From Callorhinchus milii (Eukaryota): 64,000 bases of DNA. The notes beneath the pieces were generated by a model that saw only the letters and a list, made by a program, of their open reading frames with translations, was not told the DNA's origin and ran no database searches. Made by a program: the position numbers and the translations under genes. The stretch covers positions 46,440,001-46,504,000 of the forward strand of contig NW_024704742.1 in assembly GCF_018977255.1 (NCBI RefSeq), given 5' to 3'. Positions 39,585-52,946 of the stretch are shown piece by piece (the first letter of the stretch is position 1; every line of letters begins with the position of its first letter).

Positions 39585-40610
39585 AGCCCAGTCACCCATG
39601 CCCACTCGGTCACCTGCGGGGTACCCCAGGGCTCCATCCTTGGTCCTCTTCTTTTCCTCATCTATATGGTCCCTCTGAGCGATGTCATTCATAGACACTG
39701 GGTAAACATCTACATGTATGCGGATGACACACAAATCTACTTTGCCTCCTCCAGCTGCAACTCCAGGTTCATCGATGTTCTATCAGCTTGTCTGGCAAAC
39801 ATCAGGGCCTGGATGAGTGCAAACTTCCTGCAGACGGAAGCCATACACCTTGGCTCCTGTCAACGTCTTCATTCCTGTGGATCAGAACTCTTCAACCTCC
39901 CTGGGCTCTCCCTGAGACTCACCGAACCAGCGTGCAATCTAAGCATCCAGTTCAACCTTCAATTGTCCTTCTTTCCCGACATCTGGTCCCTGACCAGGAC
40001 CACTTCCTCCACCTCCACCACATTGCCCGCCTCTGACCATAACCTACCAAAATGCAGCTGAAACCCTTGTGCATGCATTTGTCACCTCCCACTTGGATTA
40101 CTCAAAGACACTCCTTCCCGATCTCCCCCGCTCCACTATTTAAAAAATGTAGCTCATTCAGAACTCTGCTGCCCACATACTGACCCGGACCAAGCTCCGT
40201 ACCCCATCTGGCCAGGCTCCACTGGCTCCCCATCACCGAACAGATCGACTTCAAAATCCTCACACTCGTGTTCAAAAATCCATTTACTCCCTAGCACCTC
40301 CCTACCTCTCCAACCTCCTCACTCCCCAATCCACTACTCGGCACCTCCTCTCGACTGGCATTGGCCTCCTGCTCGTTCCTCGCACCTTCCGCTCCACCAT
40401 TGAAGGTCGCGCTTTCAGCCATTACACCTGAAATACTGTGTAAAACTTAACTTCAATCCCTCCACCTTGCCCCCTGTCTCCCCTTTTTCAAGTCCCACCT
40501 GAAAACCTTCCTTTTCGACCGTGTTTATGACTCTGAGTCAGGCTCCGCCACTGTTAAGTGATCCGAGACGCTACCCTGCATGGAGGGCGCTATATAAGTC
40601 CAAGTTATTG
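39585..40610 (+). mobile_element. L2 LINE ~1 kb, older subfamily
   Basis: ORF 39411-40061: CGVPQGSILGPLLFLIY...MYADDTQIY. Continues with frameshifts to the 3' end gagggcgctatataagtccaag. Confidence 0.95.
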
Positions 40611-41756
40611 AAGGCAAGAGTGTCACTCTTATTCCAATGGTAATTGAGAATCATTAGCTAATTTTGACTGCATGTTTTGTCCATTTGATAATTCTCACCA
40701 GTGAGAATTACTACATTATTTTTTACCCTCTTGCTGGATATAGTCAGCGAAGAGTGAAAAACAATTAGCTGGGGTTAGTCTTTAGCAACACCACTCATTG
40801 GATACATTTTTACCATAATATCCCATTTGTATAATCCCTTTCACGTTAGGAGGACGTCCCAAGCAGGTATTCAGTAATTCTACCTTCTGGTATTGTTGCT
40901 AAACGATACTGTCAGATGCACCAAGACAGCAGAAAAAGAAGGCATAGGTTTAGGGTTGCAAAGGGCAAAATAACAAAAGCTTCTGCAGAGCTGCAGTTGA
41001 AGCATTAATTGATTTGCTTCATCAATTTGTTGTCTCCTGTAGTAAGTGAAGCCCTACACTGGTGCTTATAAGCCACTCTTACTTTAAATAACACAATACG
41101 CAGTCATTCCACATTCCAAATATAATTTTCTTTTGTGTGTCCTGTGAAGTGTGATGAGGCGCCCCCCGATGTGAAAGACGCTATACCAAATGTAAGCATT
41201 ATGATTATTGTTATTATTATTACCAACATACATCATGTGGACTATTACACTTAGTTCTTTCTTAATATTTACAGAATCCTTCCCAAAACTCACATTAATG
41301 GTGCTGTAGTAGCACTTCAATAAGCCTATTTACTGGCTTCCAAACATTTCATATTTTATGTTATGCAGGTTTGAAACATGAAATCACAAACTGGAACCTG
41401 ATCAACGTAATACAAACATATCACAGCACACATGCTATTATACACGACTGCCGATATATTACATTTCAGGGATTATAATTTCTAAAACCATTAACTCTGA
41501 AAAGATGAAAATTCATTGTAGTAAAAATTAACAGGCAATCCTTAAGCCAGGCTTTCTCCTGTATCTGATTTTTAATATGTACATATTTACATAATAAAAA
41601 CAAATGTAATGTAATATGCTTTATGTGTACATGTTTGACATTAAAATACGGACATATTTTGACATCATTTGTTCTGTGATAATCATGTTCAATATCATAA
41701 CCTGTCAAATTACTTAGGTGGAAATTTCACTGCAATGTTACACTTTGCAGGAATGT

Positions 41757-41880
41757 AATATATGAATATAATATGTTATATGAATATATATGATATATAT
41801 ATATATATATATATATTATATTATATTATATATATTATATTATATATATATATATATATAATATGTTATATGAATATAAG
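41757..41880. repeat. Imperfect (AT)n / (TTATA)n microsatellite
   Basis: Direct reading; flanked by two copies of ataatatgttatatgaatata. Confidence 0.95.
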
Positions 41881-43391
41881 AAAATAAGTTTTACATAAAT
41901 ATTTCCCCATTTTCAGAGTACCTGTCAAGGCAACTATACACACAAGAAAAAACAGTTCCCTGTTCTATTCACTTGTGTCATTGTTTTGGTACAACTTCAA
42001 CATTTCTCTTCACTCTCTTCGGTAACTCCACTGGTGACTTACTTTTCAATTTGCCTTCTAAGGTCCGAAATTTTCCACATACTGTATTTCTCATTAATGC
42101 TTAATATGTCAAGTGCTCCAGGACACTATTCCATGTGAATATATACAAATACAAGCTGTTGTTGTTTGGTCACAAACCCACTTACATGTTTTGGAGGAAC
42201 CAACATTAGTGAAGTTGCGCTAAGTAATTTGATGTTCTATCAGCTTGTCTGACAGACATCAAGGCTTGGATGAGTGTGAATATGGACAAGACAGAAGCTA
42301 TACTCCTTGGTTCTGGTCAATGCTCTTCACTCCTGTGGATCTAAACTCCTCAACCTTCTTGTGCTCTCCCTCAGACTCACCGAACCAGGGTGCTATATAA
42401 GTACAAGTTGTTGTGTTGTTGATAACTGAATGCCCAATGTTCTCCACTTGATTACACCGGCCTACATTGTTTATTATTAGAAAGCAGAGGAATTTGGGGC
42501 TCAAAGTTATTCTGAAACAGGTAAACTAATAAGAAGAAGAATCTACAAATTGAATGCAGTCGTATGTGGAAGGATAAAACAATCATGGTTCTTATAATCA
42601 TTAGTAAAACTGAGACTGTAAATAAGACAATTCAGACATGGCTTTACAAGGTACCTTGTGAACAAAATATCCACCTCTTGCAGAAAGTAGCTATTTAAGG
42701 AAATTAAATCATACTAAAAAAATCCATTCATATGTAACGTGTTATTGGTCTGGCTGACCCATCATTGAAAACCATTTAGAAACTACCTCTATGGAATGAT
42801 TAAAACTGTAGTAACATGATAATAATAATGATAATAATCATCATCATCATCATGCTTACATTTGGTATAGCACCTTTCTTGTCAGGAGGATGTCTCAAAG
42901 CACATCCCAGAATATACTATTGTAAACTGTTGGTAATTTTACCCTCTGGCAAATATACCTTTGGTAATGTTACTACTGAACAATACTAATGGATTCACCA
43001 TGACAGCAGAACAAGAGAACACAGGTTTAGAATTGCAAAGGCCAATTTTGGGACAGATGCCAGGAAGTATTCTTTATTGAGAGGGAAACTAACAACAGGA
43101 CACTGGACTCACTAAAAAAAAGATGCCATAATGGGAGGATGGCAGAGTGGATATTCCAGAAGAATGAGAGCAGATTAGATCTCTTGTGATCTCGTGATCT
43201 ATACCATTACTCAATGTGTGGTAAATGACAAGTGTCAGTAAGATGTAAACTCCAACCATTTAAACCAATTATTCAAAAGGGGATTCAAATCACTTTGTTA
43301 TGTTTCCATATTGCAATATTGAAACCTTGATACCATCATTGTTTCTTAATCACAGGAAAAGAAAGCCTTGTTACTACTGACAGACTTATAA

Positions 43392-43735
43392 CCATACCTG
43401 CCCGCTCCCTCCGTTCATCAGGCTCCAGCCTACTCCATGTCTCCCGCCCGACCCGCCCTACCATCGGTGGCCGGTCTTTCAGCCTCTCTGCCCCCACTCT
43501 CTGGAACTCCATCCCACTGTCCCTTCGCCTTGCTTGCTCCCTTGCCTCCTTCAAGGCCGGTCTCAAGATCCTTCTCTTCGAGTGCCTTTGGTCTCCCCCC
43601 CACCGCTCTGCCTTCCCTCACCCCTACCCCACCCCTCCCCCATGCTCGTGCCCTGACATTTGACTGTTCAGCGCTTTGGAACGTCCTCCCGACGTGAAAA
43701 GCGCTCTATAAATGTCATTTGGTTGTTGTTGTTAT
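43392..43735 (+). mobile_element. Young L2 3' end
   Basis: Same subfamily as 5634-6065; ends cgtcctcccgacgtgaaaagcgctctataaatg followed by (GTT)n. Confidence 0.93.
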
Positions 43736-43863
43736 TAGATTTTAAACATTTGAAATGTCTCATTTTATTTTGTGAAGTCATTAGATATTTTGATTCTGTG
43801 GTGCTTGGGAAAGTATATTGGTCCATTAGGTTATGTATATGTTGAATTGTGTTGGTGCTGGAA

Positions 43864-43959
43864 TCATATCATCAGATCACTTTGTTCTGAAATACAGTAT
43901 TGCTTTCCAAAAGGCAAAACATCTGTGATAAATGATGAACATCTGAACTTTGTTTATAA
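43864..43959 (+). repeat. 96-bp perfect direct repeat, copy 1
   Basis: Identical base for base to 45006-45101. Confidence 0.95.
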
Positions 43960-45005
43960 TGCGGGTTAAGCTTGAAATAATTTGCTTGATTTAGGCCCTG
44001 AGGTTTTATTGGGCTGGGGGAAAAAAACAGCCTGTTTTACTTTATCTAATGGTCACAGTGGATAGAGTCGCTGTCCTTATTTGGCTTCATATACTCTGTT
44101 GGTCCGTAAATTTACAAACGTTGGCAGTGTGAGCATACAAAGGGATTTTCCATTATAAATTCATCCACCAAGTCTATAAATGTACAGACCAACAGAGAAT
44201 ACAATGTTCTGATCTGCCAAAGCCCATAAGTTTTTTGACAATTGAAGAATCACCCCCAGGATGGATCCTACACTAAAATGACAGAATTGATGTAGTTTCA
44301 CACAAATAAAACGAAAATGGACAGAGGCATGATTCAAACTAAATAAGTTGGCCAATATTAGATTCCTTGTTTCTGCCAAATGGAATATTCCTTCTTCATG
44401 CAGTCCATCAAGCAGGCTGGGTGCAACTGAATGACATGCTTTTTAAGTAATATGATCTGCCGCTGGCTGATCATTAAGAAAATTAGCAACATTTATTTAT
44501 TTTCTTACAGGTTCATCTTGAGTTTTGAGATCTCGTGAAAAGGCAATTGTGACTTTCTGATTCACTGAGGAAAAAAGAGATGATCATCATCTTGGACTCG
44601 ATCTAATACAGCTAATTCCAACACAACAAGATATTCAGCAGAATGACAACAGAAAGATCAGAAAAGCAAAATATTATGCCAATTGTTTGGGGTAAATTTC
44701 CGAGTGTAGAGATGATGAATTGCCATTAAAACCACCTTTCTAAACACTCTTTTGGTCAGCCCTTCACCTCCCTCTTCCGGCCTCGACTAACCAGCCAGTT
44801 ATGTAAAGTGCTTTGAGGTGTCCTCCTGATAGCAATGGTGCTATATAAATGTAAATTGTATTTTTGTGAACTTCCTGTTTATTTGCAGTGACAGGTTTAC
44901 AGGCCTCTGAGCCCCACAGTTTGCTCAACAGGTGTGATCCTATATTTCTTTCCTGGTGCCTGACCATCTGCAGCAGCCACTGCCCTTCCCAATTTAGATG
45001 TAACT

Positions 45006-45101
45006 TCATATCATCAGATCACTTTGTTCTGAAATACAGTATTGCTTTCCAAAAGGCAAAACATCTGTGATAAATGATGAACATCTGAACTTTGTTTATA
45101 A
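45006..45101 (+). repeat. 96-bp perfect direct repeat, copy 2
   Basis: Identical base for base to 43864-43959. Confidence 0.95.
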
Positions 45102-47444
45102 CCTAAACGTGCTGAGGTGGAAATTGATAGGTAGAAATCCTGTAGAAATCCAGGTTAATATTTCTTATTATTATTATAAATCCAGCTTGCTTTAGACTCC
45201 ACTGTCAAGAATGTGTACATCCAGCAGCAGATGAAAGTTAACTTTATTATATATATTTTTCAATGTAAAATGTGAGTCACATAATATTGTCATGTTTTCA
45301 TCTAAACGCATATTAATCTTTGAACCTGGCCTGGTGGGAGAATTAAACATTGTGATGTGCAACATATTGAAAAGTAGCATCTTGTTATTCTATAATACAA
45401 ACCATCAGCTTTGGAAACAAGCTGGTCAATCTCATTTTAATGACATTGTTTAAAGAATCATTTACTTGAATTTGATTTAATCGGGTAAAGCTGATACAAC
45501 GGAACGCCACTTATTTGCTTAAGTGCAGACAGAACCTTTGACTTCAGCTGGAATGATGGACCTCTGACATTAGCCTTTGAGCTTTGTGTTACCCTGAGCA
45601 ATGTTGAACATGTCTAACTCACTCAGCAGTGTATGACACTGAGAAGGCTGAAGTAATGACCCCCATAGGTGATATTAAACTGACTGGTGATTTGCATTAA
45701 TGTAATTGTTCCTGAAACATAGTCAAGAATGGTCACTTCAACTGAATGTGCATTATTCTGAGTTTGTGGCAGCATATAATTATTTCCAGATCAAAGTCAA
45801 AGAGTTTAAGTAAAGAGACTGTGGCTATCTTTGAAATGATCATAACGGGCAATGCACTGTCAGTTCAAGGCTATGTGTGGTGATTCAGATGAACTTCCGT
45901 AGATGGAAAATTACTTGTGATGTGCAATCATTTCCAAATCAAATTGCACTCAATGTAAAACCACCTCAGTTTATGCAATATGTACCTTTGTGGGATATGA
46001 ATGTACACTAAATGTGGTATGTTATTTCTCAATGTGGGAAATTTGTTGTAGTGTAAGTACTATTCTGCTACATTCGCTAAATTTAGCAAGTGTGTCACAA
46101 TACTCTCATAAGCACTCTCATTTTAATACACTTACATCATCAATATAAAATTTTACATACAAAATTGCATTATTTACTAAAGTTTTTCCTCTTTAGGTAT
46201 CAACTAGCTGATAGCACTTTCAGAATGTTGTGTGTTCAAGACCAACATCATGAATTGAAAGTAATGATCCAGGCTGACACTCCAATGCAGTACTGGGGGA
46301 ACACTACATTGTTGGTAGTGCTGTCAATAGGTTTTTTAAATTGTGGTCCCATCTGCCTATTCAGGTGGATGTTAAAGACAAAAAATTATACTTGTCAAAA
46401 ACAGAAAAACGTTTCTTCTGGAGTCTTGGTCAACAATCCCCCAGAAAGATAGTCATTCATTTAATTGCTGCTTATGAAACAATAAGCAGAGGAAAATTAA
46501 GGATTGTTTTGCTTTAAGATTTTCTGTATTCTTGTTGCTATAGACAGTTGAGTCAAACATTACATTTTTGGAATAAAAGGCTATATTTTTGAGAATATTT
46601 TACAAATAATTAATATTTTTCAACTTCAATCCAATTTTACAACAACAAGATTACATTTTTATAGCGCCTTTCATGTTGGGAGGACGTCCCAGGGCACTGT
46701 GTTTTACTATGGGATTCTATTCTAAAGGTTCTATACAATGTAATGTTGTTGTCCCTTCTCCTTATCCCATTAAGCCTGTAGTGAGGGTCTAGATGTAGGT
46801 AGTGTTCAGTTTGCAGTCTCCAAAATTGGAGTTCTGTTTGACTTCTTAGTCTCACCAGATTGCAGGCCTAGTGCTATGTCAGCAAACTCTGCTTGAAGGG
46901 CTTTTTGGTACTTTGGTTTCTGGTATTGCTTTCATCTGATGCTGATGCATTCCTTCAGTGATAGATGAGCTATTAGAAGAATAATGGTTTTCTCAGGAAA
47001 GCAATTGATCCCTGTCCCCTCCTCCCCCAAAAAAGGGATTTTGAATACTTTTTTTAAATCCTTTATTTATTTCTTACAATCTTCCATTTGCTTTGCTCCA
47101 TAAGCCATTGCATCACTACTTCCTTTAATCTTTTCCATTCTTACAAACCTCCTCAATTACAGTACCATACATTAGCATACAGTGACAGGAATACCAATGT
47201 ATCTTATCAGAAACAATATATAACTTTGAAATAACAACATGTTACCAGAAATCCCATCATGTAATGTTAGAAATGTTATATACTGCAAATAATATATAAA
47301 AAATATTTTACAGCACCAAAAGTATCATTATATGCTTCATGGATATTTTTGTGCACTATTTTGCGCAAATTGCTTGCTGCGTTTGCTTACAAAATACAGC
47401 CACTAAACTTTACCATGTATCTTGTGAAGCTGTTTGAGACATAA

Positions 47445-47840
47445 TAATATTAACAATGCTTGGATTTGATATAGCACCTTATCATATGGTCAGGAATTCT
47501 GTAAACACTTCACAAGATATATGTAAAGTGCACTGACTGTCTATTTTGTGGGCAAAACGTGGTAGTCAGTTTGCGAACAGCGATGTCCCACAAACAGCCA
47601 TGGCGTGAGTGATCAATTTTATATTGGGGATTTGTTGGCCAGGATACCGGGAGAAACTTGTTTTTTTCGAATAGTGCCATGGGATCTTTAACTTCCACCT
47701 GAACAGATAGATGGGACCTTGGTTTAATGTCTCACCTGAGGGACGACAGCACCTCTGACAATGCAACACAGCACTGGATTGTAGTGTCATTTACATAGAC
47801 TTATGTGATTCCAAGTCGCAATGTGAGGCTTGAATCCATC
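47445..47840 (-). mobile_element. DeuSINE
   Basis: gtgccatgggatctttaacttccacctgaacagatagatgggaccttggtttaatgtctc (Deu domain) with tail at left. Confidence 0.87.
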
Positions 47841-48632
47841 CTCCCATTTTGATGTCCTCCCAAAGTGAAACATGCTATATCAAATGTAAGGATTATTATC
47901 TAGATTGCTTGTCCACACTTCTTTCAGGGAACAAATTCAACAAAGAAGAAAATGAACATTTCAAATATCCTTCATTTAAAATGTTAAACAAAACAATTTT
48001 AGCTTTCTTTCTAAACATACAGAAACATATCACCCTGTTTAGGCAACTTTAAACTTTACAGAGGATTGGACAGATGTATAGTTTCCATTTGTTAGGCTTT
48101 CCTTCTCTTTAATTGTATCTTCTGCAGATGTTTACTTGATAAACTTCCATCTGGTATTGGTACTGTTTTCAGTTGAGTGCGCACTATCTTCCCAGAAAAC
48201 CCACCCTGTTTACCTAATCCCAGAGATTTTAGGTGCAGATTAGTAAAAGTCAAATCTTGCGGACCCAAGTGTGTTTTTTGTGAAACTGCCTCATCTTAAC
48301 CCATTAAATTCACACAGCTTTCCATTGCAGAGCATCGGTGAGCTCCCCACAATTTATTTCAGCGAGGATAATCCTAACTATTAAGGCGTTATCTTGCAGG
48401 TTTATCACGAGCTGAGTGAGAAGAGTTCCTGCCTCCGAGTGGCACAACTGGAGTAAAGAAAGGCAGAAAATGTTTCCATGGAAAGGGACAAAATGGAGCT
48501 CAATGTGAGAGAAGGATCACAAATCTGATAATAAAGCTTTTCTTGAGAGTTACTAGTATTAGCAATCTGGCCTGACCTCTGGTTCATGTGGACATCTACT
48601 CAAACTGCAGTAATAAAGTATGGAAAACAGGA

Positions 48633-49017
48633 GTAATAATAATAATCCTTGCATTTAATATTGCGCCTTATCATGTCTAAGAGATGTCCCAAAGCCCATC
48701 ACAGAATATACTATCAAGTGAATTGACTGTATATTTTGTGGGCAAAATGCGGCAGTAAATTGCGCACAGCAGCATCCCACAACACAGTGGTGGCTTGAGT
48801 GATCAAATTATTTATTTATTATTATTTATTTTTTAAAGGGATTATCCCCAGAAAATCGATCTGCCAACAACTAACAACCGGATTCCAACTTACTGTTGGG
48901 TAAACAGAGGCGTGTGGAGTAAGGAAACTTGCATAATGTTTCACCCTACTCAGGAATCGAACTCAGGTCCTCTGGTTTGCAAGACAAGTTTTCTAATCAC
49001 TAAGCTACAGAACTCCA
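48633..49017 (-). mobile_element. SINE family B, full-length form
   Basis: Colinear with 6553-6928, including ctaacaaccggattccaacttactgttgggtaaacagaggcgtgtggagtaaggaaac. Confidence 0.9.
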
Positions 49018-50085
49018 AAATAGAGAGAGAGTGACAGAGTCAGAAATAAATAAATAGAGAAAGTGGCAGAGAGAGGGAAACTTTAGCACAGTGTAGTAAC
49101 AAGATGACAGCATAGCTCTTAATGGATTTTTTTCTTTTAGTTAGTGTAGCCATTTTGTAGTTTGCATGATGACCAGTTATCTGCACTGTTTGCTTATATG
49201 CAATGGAGGGGTCTTAATAGGTGCAGATAATCGTATCTCTATTGAAAAGTGATTCAGTATTCGGAAAGAGATACATAGTTAGCCAGAGAAATTCCAACTT
49301 TTCCTTTGAGTTTTCCTTCCCACCAGTCAAACTGCAAGTCAGTCTGAGATGCCACAGTGATTCTGTCACCGCCATTTAAGTCCAGGACACCTGGTGCTTG
49401 TCCTTCAACAATTCCATTGAATGAAAGGGAGTGAATGTTTGTACAGCCTACATTAAACTAAAATGCCTGCTGTATTGTAGTCTAACTTCACACTTAAGTC
49501 TTTATCCAGTCTGTTTTCTGTTCTAGAGCATTTGTATAAAACACACACTGCCAGGAACATTTTACTTGTAATTAATAATTTATCTTTATAACCATTTATC
49601 TTTCTGACCCTGAGCTGAGTATAAATGTTTCATAAATACCAATGAATGCCTAGGGTAAGATGTAGGAAATGAAGGTTGGATTCTTTTTTTGGTGATAAGC
49701 CATATGGAGACAGAAAGCAGCTTAAATGTACTAACAGACTGGACAAGGTGTGCTTGTCACATATTTAATTGCAATGTTTCTGACAGGCAAACTAAGTCTC
49801 AAATGAATCAATAATCGAAAATTTGGCAACGAGATAAGGATTCGGAGATGAAAAGGAAAACCTGTCTTAATGAGCGCAGAACTTCTTTCAAATACTCCAA
49901 ACTTGATTATTGTACTTCACAGAGCACTGAAGGCTATTTCACCATACTCAGTTGTGACTTTTCCATCTTTGTAAAATTTTCAGTGTCACAGAGAAATGGC
50001 TTCTAACCATGAGAACTGAGGGCAAATCTTGTTACTGAAGGCTTTTGCTAAGGATTTTTGTTTGCCTGACATTACTTACCTTTAT

Positions 50086-50400
50086 AATAATAATAATCTT
50101 TGCATTTGATATAGTGTTTTTCACATCTTCTAGACGTCTCAAAGTGCTTCACAGAATATATTGTAAAGTGAATTGACTGTATATTTGTGGGCGAAACACG
50201 GCAGCCAATTACACACAGCGGTGTCTCACAAAAAGTCGTGGATTGAAGTGACCAATTTGTTATTGCTTTCTTTTATTGAGGGATTATTATCAGGAGTGTG
50301 GAGTAAGGAAATTTACCCAAGATTTCGCTCTGCCAGGAAATGAACCCAGGTCTCTCGCTTGCGAGGCAAGTGCTCTAACTACTGAGCTACAGGACTCCAC
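50086..50400 (-). mobile_element. SINE family B, internally deleted form
   Basis: gagggattattatcaggagtgtggagtaaggaaa junction lacks the Meta-like core; tRNA head intact. Confidence 0.9.
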
Positions 50401-50751
50401 TCCACATATGGTGAAAAATGAGGCCTGTGACAAGATGACATGCCATATTTCCCCACATATATGAATGAAAATGAGTATTCTAATAAAACTTATAATTAAG
50501 GAATGCCTATATTTTTTGTCTTCTGCATAAATATAATAATCATTGCATTTGATGCAGTGCCTTATCACTTTGTCGAAGCATCTCAAGTGCTCCATAGGAT
50601 TTACTGTAAAATGTAGTGATGATGTATTTGTAGGCAAATATGGAAGCCAATTTGCACACAGCAATGTCTCACAATCACCTATGAAGTAAATGGCAAAATT
50701 TATCTGGGCTTTTTGGCCATGAGACTGGAAGAAACTTGCTTCTCTGCATAT

Positions 50752-50972
50752 TAATAATATTCCTTGCATTTGACGTAGCTCTTTATCACATCTTTGAGAC
50801 ATCTTAAAACACTACACAGAATATACTGTAAAGTGAATTGACTATATTTTGTGGGTGAAACGCGGCAGCCAATTGCGTCAGCAGGTTCCCACAAGTAGTC
50901 GTGGATTGACTGACCAAATTATTAATTTTTTTTTGAAGGGATTATTACCCCCAGAAAAGCGACCCACCATGC
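50752..50972 (-). mobile_element. SINE family B, 5'-truncated copy
   Basis: Runs from the tail to cccagaaaagcgacccacc; faces the + copy starting at 50987. Confidence 0.85.
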
Positions 50973-50986
50973 TCTAAAAATATTTT

Positions 50987-51368
50987 GTGGAGTCCTGTAT
51001 CTTCGTGGTTAGAGCACTCGCAAGCGAGAGGACCTGGATTTGATTCTCAGGCAGGCGAAACGTTAAGTAAGTTTTCTTACTCCACACTCCTCTGTTCACC
51101 TAGCAGTAAGTAGGAACCCAGTTGTTAGTTGATTGGCAGATCGCTTTTCCGGAGGTAATAATGCCTGACAAAAAAATCTTTTTTTAAATAATAATAAGTT
51201 GGTCGCTCAATCCATGACTGTGTGTGGGACACTTCTGTGCGCAATTGGCTGCCGCGGTTTGCCCACAAAATATACAGTCAATTCATGATACACTTTCAAG
51301 TGCTTTGGGATGTCTCAAAGATGTGATAAGTCACTATATCAAAACCAATGATTATTATTATTATTATT
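50987..51368 (+). mobile_element. SINE family B, full-length form
   Basis: gtggagtcctgtatcttcgtggttagagcactcgcaagcgagagg head, ctctgttcacctagcagtaagtaggaacccag core, (TTA)n tail. Confidence 0.9.
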
Positions 51369-51497
51369 GAATCTAGACCCAGATGGAATTTCTCTCCAGT
51401 TATTCCATCTTTCAGATTGTATAGTCATTCCTTCATTATCACAAACAGTAAAGTGAACATGTTATGAACTAAATGCATTGTAAATGAAATCAAAATG

Positions 51498-51564
51498 TTA
51501 GAACTCATAGAATCATAGAATTATACAGCACAGAGGAGGCCATTTGGCCCATGGTGTTTGTGCC
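51498..51564 (-). mobile_element. CR1 extreme 3' end
   Basis: catagaatcatagaattatacagcacagaggaggccatttggccc is the reverse complement of a CR1 terminus with an (ATTCTATG)n tail. Confidence 0.85.
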
Positions 51565-51568
51565 TATA

Positions 51569-51700
51569 ATGGCGAAAGGTCAGCGACCTGAAACGTTAAC
51601 TCACTTTCCTCTCTCCATAGATGCTGCCTGACCTGCTGAGTGTTCCCAGCGACTTCTGTTTTTATTTCAGATTTCCAGCATCTGCAGTATTTTGCCTCTT
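51569..51700 (+). mobile_element. Penelope-like element terminal repeat fragment with degenerate minimal hammerhead ribozyme
   Basis: atggcga-a-aggtc-agc-gacct-gaaa-cgtt, followed by gatgctgcctgacctgctgag...tttcagatttccagcatctgcagt, which I recall as an abundant chondrichthyan repeat. Confidence 0.7.
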
Positions 51701-52614
51701 GTACATTGTAAATTAATATGCATTGTTGAAGAACTTTAAGGATTTTTGAAAAAAAAGACACTTATGCCTTCCCATTGTTAATTAACAGTTCTCCTATTGA
51801 AATTTAGTTGACTGAATCTAATTCTCTCACACAGCATTCACCATAGGTTTTTAGCATTCCCCTATCTATATATAAGAACATGTTAATTTGCATGTAACAT
51901 TGGGGTTGTTTTTGCACTTTTTATTCATTTTTGTTCATTCATTTTTGTTAACCTGTTTGTTTATTGCACCTATGAGTGTTTCAGATTATCGGGTTTCATT
52001 AATATTTTAATCCACATCTGCAAAAAACATTAGCATTTTTTCCCAAAAGGATAAACTGTTTTCTCTCATTGTTGTTCTATACGGCATTGGTTACACGTTA
52101 AACATCTGTTCATCCCTGCACAGTTTTTGTCCTGATATTATGGATTACTTTAATAGCAAGCATTCGTATAAATTTTAGGGGGCTGGATCTGCAAATATTC
52201 CAACTGACACAAGAGATTGAACGCTTGACAGAGAGATGATGATATTAATAAAAAACAGAATCCCAAAGCTAATAAACAACCTATGTTCCTAAAGGCTACA
52301 ATGTGTAAGAAAGTTGTTCTTATTTGCAACATTTTTACATCATGAATAATTTCCAGAAAGTCTCACACGTATACTTAAAATGAAATCATATCACAAATAT
52401 GACAAGCTTCCTAGGTTTCGCTACGGTTATTCTGATGGGTTATTGCTGCACTTTAATTCGATGACAATCAAACATTAAAAGTGTCTTGATGTAATATCAG
52501 TTTTCAGTGATCCTACAGGTTCTTGTTCATCGTCTACAAAGTTGTGTTTTTTTTTGTTCCTATAATCTTCAACTTGCATAAAGCATTATTTTTATAACGA
52601 AAAGGCGACAACAT

Positions 52615-52946
52615 ATTATAATAATAATCCTTGCACCTTATAGAGCGTCTTTCATTTCGGGAGTACTTCCTTCTTCACAGGATTTAATGTTAAGTGTAGT
52701 AAAAGTGTATTTGTAGGCGAATGTGGCAGCCCAATTGCAAACTGCAGTGCATCAAAAACAGCCATGAAACAAAAAAAAAACAATTTTATTTGAGGAATTG
52801 TTGGTCAAGACACTGTGAATCTCTTTTCAAGCAGTGCCATGGGATTTTTAACGTCCACCTGAACAGGCAGATGGGAGTTTGGTTTAATATGTCATGTGAC
52901 AGATGATAGCTCTGACAATGCAACACACCCAACATTTCATTGGAGT
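52615..52946 (-). mobile_element. DeuSINE, 5'-truncated
   Basis: gtgccatgggatttttaacgtccacctgaacaggcagatggg Deu domain plus tail. Confidence 0.85.

Noticed and set aside
43864..43959. C/D box snoRNA interpretation of the 96-bp repeat
   Set aside because: ATGATGA is followed by CTGA after only ~4 nt, so the box order and spacing do not fit a C/D snoRNA.
44511..44691. Strong + strand acceptor with a weak downstream donor (gg|gtaaat)
   Set aside because: All three frames hit stops shortly after the acceptor, so it is not an internal coding exon. A non-coding exon cannot be judged without RNA data.
50290..50802. 170-aa ORF
   Set aside because: Reads through adjacent SINE fragments, so it is not a gene.
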